Assembly (NCBI RefSeq): GCF_006345805.1 | Contig: NC_043013.1 | Coordinates: 13,578,001 to 13,642,000 of the forward strand | Direction: 5' to 3' | From: Octopus sinensis | Taxonomy: Eukaryota | Length of the DNA stretch: 64,000 nt | Shown: positions 53,419 to 64,000 of the stretch, piece after piece | Layout: each line of letters opens with the position of its first letter | How positions within the stretch are numbered: position 1 is the stretch's first letter | Notes under the pieces: generated by a model | What the model was told of the DNA's origin: nothing | The model's input: only the letters and a program-made list of their open reading frames with translations | The model's database searches: none | Translations under genes and position numbers: made by a program

Positions 53419-54444
53419 GAACCCCTTCGTTACTATATTTCTGACCAAAATACACCCCTTATGTGTTTCAATTAATTTCTAACATAATCATAAATTTAGT
53501 TTGGTTTCATTAAACAACTATAACATTTTTATTTATCAATATTTCAATGTGATTTTTGGAAGATAATTTAATGAAATGTTCTCAAACAATTCTATACTAT
53601 AATTTTTTTCACAAAGTGACTCTAATTGCAGGTAGATACAGGTAAATTCAATAAAATATGAAATTATTAAATTTTTGTTCAAACATCGCTATAGAAAATG
53701 GATTATTAGCTAATATTCAATTGGGTATACAACAAAATTTTACGATAGAATTTGTTATTCTGGGTAACTTTCTGATACCCATAATAATATCTATGGCAAA
53801 ATATTCTTAATTTCATTTAAAATTGTGGGAAACCACTAACTATCCTTTCTTTCGCTTTGTTTACGTTTAGCGTAACGGTTCGTTTCCGCCATAATGATTT
53901 CAAATAGGCTCATTGGAAAAAGTAAAAAGAAATATTCTAAGGCTTTACTCTTCTGGGAAAGTCTGTGGCTTGGTCCAGTTTCTTCAAAAAAATCAAGGAA
54001 AGAAACAGTTTTTCAATTTTCACTCCATTCAGGTGCCAATTCATTTTCTTTATCGCAGTCGGAGCTCTCGGATTCACTGTTTTCACTTTTGGAAAATGAA
54101 ACATCAGATTCATTATCAAATACCACGTGCTGTTTTTTTTTCAGTCATAGAGTTAGATTTATCAAAGTCTTCAGTTGAAAATCCTTCGAATTCTGACTCG
54201 CCGCTTGACATGATGAAATTCGTATCCATTTTAGTCAGAATTACAAATTTTGAAAACACAATAGGAACAAATTTGTGAAAAAAATTCCCAAAATTCACGG
54301 AATTAAAATTACACTTCGATCGTTGTATAAAACTGTAGATGAACTGTTTACGAAGCATAATCACGTGTTTTCACGAATGTAATAAAGAGATTTGCTCTGA
54401 TATTCTCATTTAAATATAAATAGGTAAATACGGTAAATACATAT
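53419..54444 (-). mobile_element. piggyBac remnant with transposase N-terminus (54229 to ~53837, disrupted)
   Basis: Acidic leader SSGESEFEGFS, then ALEYFFLLFPMSLFEIIMAETNRYA; CCC-starting end at ~53421. Confidence 0.8.
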
Positions 54445-55449
54445 TTTGTGGTGTAGTTAGATGAAAAGTTAATAAAAACAATATTGTTTTTAAAATATCG
54501 GAATAGAGTGTCGAAACTACAGGGAGAAACTACAAATTATAGATTTTTAAATGGAATTGATTAACATTCCTAAGAGTTCACAGATAACGAAGCAGCTGTT
54601 ACATCATTTCTGTAAAAGTTCGAAAGCATTTGATCAGGGATCAGAAAATTAGCCAAAGGTTTGAGGATAAACAAAATAATCATAAAACAGATACATACCA
54701 ATGCCAACCTTCGATTCTGTTCATCTAAGCCGAACTGTTCAATGCAAATACTTTTAGTATAATGGTGCGGTCTAAACCTGGCGCCCACACATTAAATAGT
54801 AAAGCGCATTGAAGTATAAAAGAGGTCATACTGATTTTAAAGAAAAGACGGTAAGCTTAAACCGAAAGACAAATCTATTTGTCAGGAGGCCGTGACAGCT
54901 GCAATTTGCCACTTCCTATATGAGATCATACAATGCATTCTAATCGTGACAAAACTTATGAATACACTAATACGACAATTAAAATAGGCGCCTCCCAGAT
55001 TTTATGAAACTTTTTATTTACTGACTCGGTCAAATGAGAAATTTTTTATACATACGTAATCCAATATACATTCATGTAGACATCCATCCGTACATCCATC
55101 CGTACATCGATCCATTCATCCGTTCATATATACATACATACATATATACATACACACATACATGCATACATATATACATGCATACACACATACATAAACA
55201 CATGCTTATATACATAGATACATAAATTTATGGATACATATGCATATATAAATACATGAATGCATACGTATATATATACATACGTACATGCTTATATATA
55301 TACATACATACATGCATACATACAGACATACATGCATAATCTTTTAACCACCAAATGTCTACGTGCATCTCTTGACCAGGTTTGCATATATGAGGCTAAG
55401 ATCATAAGACTTGGAAAGCGGCTCCTTGAGCAGCATTTCTTGTCTGATA

Positions 55450-57240
55450 AGCTTAAATACATATCAAAAAAGCCGCACGACTCTACTACGGTATGTCATC
55501 AGATGAAAAGATGAGCGCATATCAGCAGAAGCCCATGCATGTATATGTGAGTAGGAAGCACTGAGATAATAGTAACATTTGTCATTAAAGCAGTCTATTA
55601 TAGACCAGCAAACAGATTCCTACTTCCCACCTTGATTTGAAGGGTATGCGGTTGCAATCCAGGGATATGAAATATCAACCAAATATACGATGCACAAAAG
55701 AAGAGAGATACATGAAAAGCAGTAATATATGACAACCTATGCAGTTGTTCGAAAATGTCATCACAGTATTAGCTACCGATGAGATATGATGTAGTAGCTA
55801 GGACATTGTATATAACGAGTTCCGTCGGAAGCATAAACCCGAGAACAAAGAATAACCCACGGTATGGTAGACTCCATATCCACTTATAATAAAAAGGAGT
55901 ACAGGTGAAATGCTCCACTGGAAACCTCAATAAATTATAAACATATACCTGGTATAATCATTTGGGATAGAGAAGAGAGACTGTGTATAGTTGTGGAAGT
56001 CAACTCCCCTGCAGATGTTAACATAAAGCCGAAGAGAAGCGAAAGAGAAAATACGCTGAAAAATAAAATGCCTACGCAAAATCTGCAGTTACTCTAATCA
56101 GATTACAAGTTCGTGTTTATACCTGTAATTATTAGGGCACTGGTATATGTAACACAATGCTTAAATACCAATCTTGAGTAATTGGACTTCTCAAACTCAG
56201 AAAGAAGAAAGCTAATTCGAAGACTACAGATCCAAGCGATCAATGGAACTCTAAATATCTTATAAAATTTTCCAGAGGCTTATCATTTAAGTGTATATGA
56301 GTATGTCTAGATATGCAAGTATATGCATTGGAATACATACATAAAACAAAACATACAAATTTGCACATACACAAATATTTGATTTATATTTTTGAAATTC
56401 AAATGAAGAATTGGTTATGGGTTAGAATCCGGCTCCTCTATTGTCAAGAAAGCTTGAAATAAAACTGAATAAAACTGAATACTGGCATACATACATAAAT
56501 AGATATATATGCATACACACATGCTTGCATACATACATACATACATACATACATACATACATACATACATACATACATACATACACAAAAGACACAAATC
56601 TGTACGTATACATATATACATACACACAAACAAATCCTGTTGTTGATGCTAAAATTACAATGAAAGAGCCTTGGATTTTTGTTAGGAAACCGGCCCTTTC
56701 TCTTTTGGCAAGAAATCTTGAAATAAAACTGAATAAGGACATACGTACATTCTCAAAGGCTACAGAGCTGCAGTTTGGCCAGAATAAATGTTGCTACATG
56801 ATTGTGAAATGAGGGAAACTGTAAGCAAGACTAGCAAAATCTCCAACACTGACTTAACGGTTTCCTCTATATCTGATGAGGGATGTTACAGGCACCAAGG
56901 GGTGGAAGAGAACATATCATACAATGACACATGTAACAACAAATCATGTGTCATTAAAGAATGTTATAGTCGAATAAAGAACATTTGGACCCAGAACTCT
57001 GCATTCAGAAAAAAGAAAAACAGTGACTCAAAATGTATTTGCTGTGCCAATACTCATACCAACATTTAGGCTGGTTGGACGCTCGATGAGATCCGAACTA
57101 TTGATGTGAAAACCCCAAACATGCTAACCAGCAGACACAAGTTCCACATCAACAGTGACGTACAACGCCAATACCTAAAACGAAAGCAAGGCAGCAGAGG
57201 TTTAATATCAATCCAGACTGCCTTTCAGTGTCGTATCCCT
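55450..57240 (+). mobile_element. Two R4/Dong fragments (endonuclease plus 3' UTR; second 3' UTR plus RT piece)
   Basis: PGIIIWDREERLCIVVEVNSPAD...IPVIIRAL; LQFGQNKC...YLKRKQGSRGL; repeated CTTGAAATAAAACTGAATAA tail. Confidence 0.8.
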
Positions 57241-58563
57241 TCGGCAACATTATTTAAGTGCCAAGTGTCGACGTGCATCCTCTGAGTCATCAAAGGAGTA
57301 CTTTGGTGATATTTTTGAGCAGCTGCTAATCTTTCGAACGAAATGTTGCGCAGAAACACGGCATAATAAACAATTTCTTGCAGCTTCAAGAGATCACTAT
57401 CTCTTTTGTTTGTTAGGTATTTCATCGCAATTTCATTTTCTTGGATTGCAAACGCATAGTCGTTGTATTGTGATGTGTTGTGGTGGTCAAGATTGCAACA
57501 GATGTTTCATGTCCATAGGATTATCTTCCTTCAGACGGCGAGCTGGCAGAATCGTTAGCACTTCGAGCAAAATGCTTAACGGTATTTCGTCCGTGTCTAC
57601 GCTCTGAGTAGAAAATCCTCTGATGTCGACTTTACCTTTCATGGCTTCATAAAATAAATACCAGTTTAGAATGTTTTTTTATTAAGTCTAGCTGGGTTTT
57701 TTTCGTTGTTTTTATTAGAGATACGTCCCAATCCAGACAATACGAACACTCTCACTACAAATCCCTATAATTAAAATACCGTTAATTATCTTTCTCTCTG
57801 CTGCTCATCTCAGTCATCCTCGACAAGATCGACAGCGATAAAATGTGCTTTTGGACCACATCTTAATAATGTGCTTATGAGTGTGTGTGTGTGTGTGTGT
57901 GTGTATGGTTGTATGCATGTATTTGGTTGTGAGTGCATATATTTATGTATGGATGTAAATATGTGTCTGTATACATGTACGTATTTCTTTTTCTCTTTTT
58001 AAATTGGAGTAACTTAGGCCTGAGCAACTACATTTTTTCTTTATTGCCCTAGTGGCTAAACAAGGACTGGCAAAGGGATAGAGTTGATTACATCAACCCC
58101 AGTGCGTAACTGGTACTTATTTAATCGACTTATTCCTCCTTCAAGTGTTTTATGCTATCCTCCGTCCTCGACCTGATCTTCCATCCCTGATAGGGATATT
58201 GCTACGAGTTTAATGCTCCTTCAAAATCAAGGAGTGATTGCAAACCAATGAACTACTGATGATTATATTGTAGCTGTACTTGCTGCATTATTGTTCAAGC
58301 GTTTGTTAATTAACAGAAATGTCACTGGAGAGTCAAGTTTCCGGAAAACTGTATTTGTGCATTGCGTCTCTGGCAGTTTTATTCTGCAAATTATGCTTGC
58401 TGTAATTTTTAATTGATACTTTTTCTATCTTAATTTGAATTATCCTAGTCTTGAGTAATTGCGATGTAACCAAAGAACATATTGTAATTTAAACTTCTCC
58501 AGGAATATTAATTTAAGCAAAAGGATAGAAAGAAGCAAAAGTTTGCAATTCATTGCACTCCTC

Positions 58564-58643
<80 letters not shown>

Positions 58644-59677
58644 ATATGTATAATAAGAGTAAACAATAGCTTTAATGGTTTTTTAAAAAAACAACAATTA
58701 TTTACTGGTAGATTTCGGCATGTAAATATAACCATTAACGGTGGAACTTCTATAAAAGTTCAATATATATTTTGTATATAAATAAAAAAGGCAGGCAACA
58801 TGTTGCTCAGCCACATACCGAAAAAATTAGAAATAGCAGTCAAAGACTGTTTATTTCTATTTTCTACAAATAAGACTCCACATACGACATTTTTTTACAC
58901 ACAATTTTTTGTACACGATGAAGGGTTTACCAATTGTTGATGTAGCTCCCAAAAAATATATTTGAGCTTCATGTTACCCATATATTCATTAGTGAAATAT
59001 TTCAGTATGTTGGGACTGATAAAGTAGCATGAAGTATCATGAAAGCCTAACTACTCTGTGCCTTCTGCGTGCTGAAAGCAGCCCTCTAAAATGGCATGGC
59101 AATGCTTCTCAATATTTATAATACTGCCACCTGGCGTGTGTGTTTGTGTGTGTGGTTGGCGCATCTGTACAATGCTGTCGTGTTTGGCCCCGATTTTGGA
59201 ATACTGTTAAATAGATATTTCAAGTATTTTAAATGTAATATGCGAATAAATTGGTTTTTGTCACAATTCACAACATCGAAACACACACACACAGACACAC
59301 ACAATAATTTGTATCATAAACCATGAATCCTCGAAATTTTTCTGAATATATCGCTTTTCCATTTGTAATTTATTTTCAAATTTTAATAAAGAACGTATGT
59401 ATCATACTGTCCTGTTTTAAACATTGAAACGAAAATATATAAAAGGAATTTCGAAAAAACTTCAAAAGTAAAGACATTGTTGGGGTTGGGTTAGCAAATA
59501 AATAAAACTATTTTTCCGTGGTTTCTTAATCAGTCTCTTTGCAATTAATATCGGAATAGACTATCAAAAACTAGCCAGAAAAACAATTAGTTATAGATTT
59601 TTAAATGGAATTCTTTGATTAAAACACCAGCAAGTAGAAGTTACTTTATTTCTGCAAAAATATGGGGAATGATTACG

Positions 59678-59947
59678 GAGATGTACTTGCATAGCGAACG
59701 ACTTGATCTGAGATCGTGTGCTGGAACGAAAACAATTGCAGCGTGGAAGTTGTTTATAAGCCATTTAAGAAACACACAAAACCATTAGATTCGCTTCAAC
59801 ATTTAAATTTAATTTGTCAAAATATTTTCATCGCTTTGAGACCGCGACCTGTTCACTGACAAAGCTTCGTTGCTAAAGCGACGAAAATATTTTGACAAAT
59901 TAAATATAAATGTTGAAGTGAATCTAACGGTTTTGTGTGTTTCTTAA
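59678..59947 (-). mobile_element. Fold-back mini-element with G3:C8 hammerhead and a 16-bp TSD
   Basis: Arms 59761-59837 / 59875-59951; ATGGGGAATGATYACG at 59662 and 59948. Confidence 0.88.
59813..59863 (-). ncRNA. Type I hammerhead-like motif, G3:C8 variant
   Basis: TTTGTCA-GTGAACA-G-GTCGC-9nt-GCGAT-GAAA-ATAT-TT-TGACAAA. Confidence 0.65.
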
Positions 59948-60273
59948 ATGGGGAATGATCACGATTTAAAAAACCTTTGATAAGGGATCAGAGCGATCAG
60001 TTACAGCTTGACGATAAACAACAAAGTCATTAAATATGATAAAACAGATTCCACTGCCAACATTTGAAGCAGTCTTTCTAGATTACATGTGAGAGACGCA
60101 ACACATTCTCACATTTATAAACTCAAACAGAATATCTTCTCAATAACAATCAGTCAACATAATATTGCAACATAAATTCGACAAATAAAGTACACGAAAC
60201 GCATTGAAGTGTGACGTAGCCCATACTAAATGAGTAAATTCGGTAAAATGGGCTTTTGTATACATATATGCAC

Positions 60274-60345
<72 letters not shown>

Positions 60346-60363
60346 ATGTATGTATATATAGAC

Positions 60364-60465
<102 letters not shown>

Positions 60466-60466
60466 G

Positions 60467-60544
<78 letters not shown>

Positions 60545-60624
60545 TGAAAACATATACATACGTGCACAAATGTACATACAAATATATTTGCTTATAGCTA
60601 TCCGTCAATGTTAACGACGACATT

Positions 60625-63600
60625 GTCCTCTAGGAGTCTTATCCTACATTTTGTGAGTTGACCGATGTGAAAACAATTTGATCCTGGAATGGCATGTCCT
60701 TGAACGCAGATGACAAGGGAAGCTGCTCATTATGTTGATGGGGAGTCTGAAATGACGTTGAAGTCTCTTTTCCTCAAGTCTCTCACGTCGGATTAGTTCA
60801 AAGTGTGAAGCTCCTTCGTCGCTGAGGGAGCGCCAGATTTGCCGGTTGTGAGCAAAGTATTCAAGTTGTGCCGGTTGAATGTTGCGGGAGTTAAGGACAA
60901 GCTAAAGATGATCCTGGAATCTCATTTTCGGAGGCGTCCAAAGGAGGAGGAGGTGATCCGTCGTAGAACGTCATCGACGATATGTCCATTTTGTGATATG
61001 TCCATTTTACCTAGGTGGTTAAAAGAGTCAACGTTTGACAGAAGTGTGTCGTTTATATATAGTTATGTTGCTGGATGTGTTTTTTTTATTAAGTACGTTT
61101 GCATGATCTCGTTGTGTTTTTTATGTTGATGTTAAGACCCAGACGAATATAGGTTTCATCCATGGCACTTAAGAATCGCTGGAGTGAGGCTGTTTTCTGA
61201 GCAGTGGCAGTGGTAACATTTGCATACCGGAGTTCAAATATCTGTTGATGCTAGAGATTTCGCTTTGAGTCGGTGGGTCTTGAAAATACTGCCATCATAG
61301 CGATAACGGGTTCTTATGCTATCGTCGGTACTCTGTTGGACCTAGGAGAGGAGAGTTACAGCTATGTAGTTGCTGAACAAAACAGGAGTGAGAACGCAAC
61401 CCTGTTTGACTCCCGGTTTAACTCTGAATTGTTCTGAAGACGCTCCACCAAGACAGACTCTGGCTAGCATTCCGTTGTGGAATTTGCGGATGAAAGTTAA
61501 AGCAGTTGGAGGATAGCCACAGTTTCCATAAAATGTCACAATCAACGGTGTCAAAAGCATTCGTCATATCGAAGAAACCAAAATTCATTTTTGTTGTTCT
61601 CTGCATTTTTCGAGAAGTAAGCGTGCACCAAATATCAAATCAATTGTGCTCATATAAACCACATTGAGATTCAGGGATGGTGCGGTCCGACACGAAGATA
61701 AGAAGATGGCGGAGAATAATGCGTGCAAGAATGTTGCAAGACACATCCAGAGGCTTCTGCTGTCACTGCAGTCGGATCGATTGCCTTTTCTTTGTAAATG
61801 CAAATAATGTTGGTATTTATTTTTGTTTGTTTGTTTTTCCAACAGAAAACTAGGAAAGAGTGAAGATATGATGCAAGTTGTGGTCCGCCGTATTTCCAAA
61901 CCTCTCCAGGGATACAGTCTTCGTCAGGAGACTTCTTATTCTTTTGGGAGTGCAGTACCTTCTAGACTTCGTCTTGACTGAGTTCAGCTGCTATTTCTTC
62001 GATGATTTGAAGTTTTGGAAGCTCATCTAAAATCGACGTATCTGTCCATCGTTAAGGTTCTTATTGTTTTCTTTAATTAGAGTAGAGCCGTCAGCGATAC
62101 AGATAGGTGCAATCAGGCAATGCGAAGGACCGAAGTTGTCTTTGAACGGGTCGTAGAGTTCATAAGTTTTCTTTTCTTCAGCGAGTTGTTGGATCTTTTC
62201 GGAGTTGCGGAGCCACCAACCATTCTGTGGGGCCTCAGCCCTAAGGTTATGCTAGTTTGGGACTAAGAAATGAAGATTTGAGAGGTGGGCGTTATGAACA
62301 CGGTTTTTCGCCTGCAAAAGGGGTTGGATAATGTCTGCATTATCCAACCCCTTGAGTTCTTCATGTGGGATTTTCCAATAGTGGGTTCAGAGTGGGTGTG
62401 TCGAATGATGGAGAGCGCAGAGTTCCAGAGTAAATTGAGTTCATTCTGATTCTGTTCGACCTCGATTTCTTCCCTATGTTATTTTCCATATTGCGAGGGA
62501 GTTCTTGTAGAACTGGAAGAACTAGAACAACTGGGCAGACAGTAGCGACGTTTTTTTGTCTTTGGAGCTCAGTTTGTTTTGTTGTGCTGGAAAGACGGGC
62601 CACATTAAGTTTTGGAAACACTTTTGCTTTTTCTGGCCGGAGGGCGGATTTGAAGACATAGGTGCGCGCATCGTATGGGGATCGACCTAACATTCTGCAC
62701 CGCGCTTGTATTTGATGTAGAAGGCATCGTTCTGATCATTTTGACGAACACTCACGTAATTGAGGAGATACCATATCTTGGAGCGAAGGTGTATCCTTCT
62801 CCAAGCTGAGTGTAGAGACTGGTAGGAGGCGTCTTTAGTTTCTTCATTAATGCCTAACATCGGGGCATATACACTGAAGATAGTGGCATGTACTTTGTTA
62901 CTGAGGAGAATTCGAAAGGTCATCTGCCGTTCAATTATATCGGTTGAAATCGAAGAGATGTTCTCCAGTAATGACCAACGGACAGCAAATCCTACACTAT
63001 GAATTCTATTTTTGATTTGAAAAAGTCCTTTCCAGAAGTATATATATCTTTCATCAACTTCAGTGAGAGATCCGTCATCAGAGAATTTTGTTATGGTGAA
63101 TGCATATCCACATTGCACCCTTTCAGTTAAAAGGCGATGAGCGCGGTCCTAAGGTTGGGTCGATCGTGGTCATCACAGTCAATCAAAGTTCGTATATTCC
63201 ATGTAGCGAAAAATGAGAGATTGTGATGGTTTTCTTATTAATCTTCGACCGCAGTATGAGGATGGCTTGCCAGGTGCGGTATTCTAGCTAGGTAAAAAGG
63301 TCTGACATCTTTTAGACTACATTTCCTAAGCCTCTCCTCAACTGAGGCGCTGAGAGTCTTCAAAAGATCCTCCTGGTCACACAGATAGGACACAAATCGG
63401 TGTGCAGTCCCAGAGTCACATCGAGACCACCGTCTTGCCTGCACCACCAAGAAGGTGGGATAAGAGGTGTGAGAACAAAGCTTACGCACGGAGTTGTATA
63501 GGGTGATGGGACGGGCAGTTAGTCCCATTCGCATGCACCTGACTCTTGTTCAGCAGTACTTCGGTGACAAGAGAAATGTCCAAGACGACCAAAAGCTGTC

Positions 63601-63930
63601 AAGAAATTGCAGCTAGTTGCCGGAATCCAGGTTGCTACTCACTTGGGCAAGGTTTTAGGTTGGAGTTTCCATCTCGTAGAAAGATTGCCTCTCAAGGCTA
63701 ATGAGCTCCATCTGCTAACGAACAGAGCTATTTCTGAATGCTCTTTCACCATCTCACAGAAAGGATATCTACGCCCACATCCACCGAAACACAGTTGACC
63801 TTCAGTCGTAACCCTTACCATGAAGAAGTGTTATACCCCGTAATACAGGGCCCTTGCCTGAACTTGGCTGCTACTTTTACAGTACCTGCACCGCGACATG
63901 GAAGCGCTAGGCAAGAATTACCGCCGTATA
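60625..63930 (-). mobile_element. Degenerate near-full-length RTE LINE
   Basis: EN (ATWNIRTL, TIFSVYAPML), RT (DLIFGARLLLEKCREQ, AFDTVD, GVKQGCVLTPVLF) and long 5' UTR. Confidence 0.9.
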
Positions 63931-64000
63931 AATTAGGGAAGATGACCCGAACTACCATCAACAAGGACCTTAGCTATCAGTAGCCAGGTCTCTATCGGAA

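Noticed and set aside
56395-56735. Ribozyme in the duplicated R4/Dong 3' UTR
   Set aside because: Hairpins and GAAAC are present, but there is no CUGANGA in a workable register.
63200-63930. HDV-like or twister ribozyme in the RTE 5' UTR
   Set aside because: Expected from family knowledge, but I could not assemble the required pairings by eye in this degenerate copy.

Overview
AT-rich, microsatellite-dense animal DNA. The SINE and LINE repertoire suggests a cephalopod, probably Octopus (inference). Most of the window is decayed mobile DNA: tRNA-SINEs, mariner, piggyBac, Helitron-like pieces, CR1, RTE, R4/Dong, Hero and Penelope-like (PLE) retroelements. Nearly all ORFs in the supplied track are microsatellite artefacts or TE fragments. 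Positions 1-39.2 kb hold a tandem duplication (units start at 1, 9328 and 24811, plus an older diverged unit). It carries small, phase-compatible minus-strand exons of an unidentified gene that the ORF track misses, and one exon type has diverged far faster than its introns, only by amino-acid changes. Other highlights: (i) a Hero LINE 3' UTR with a complete hammerhead core in a non-circularly permuted, pseudoknotted order; (ii) PLE hammerheads with a G3:C8 core swap; (iii) a ZM-motif (Zasp/PDLIM-like) retrocopy with its 5' end intact, no poly(A), inserted inside a PLE hammerhead. All alignments and folds were done by eye, and TE boundaries are approximate.
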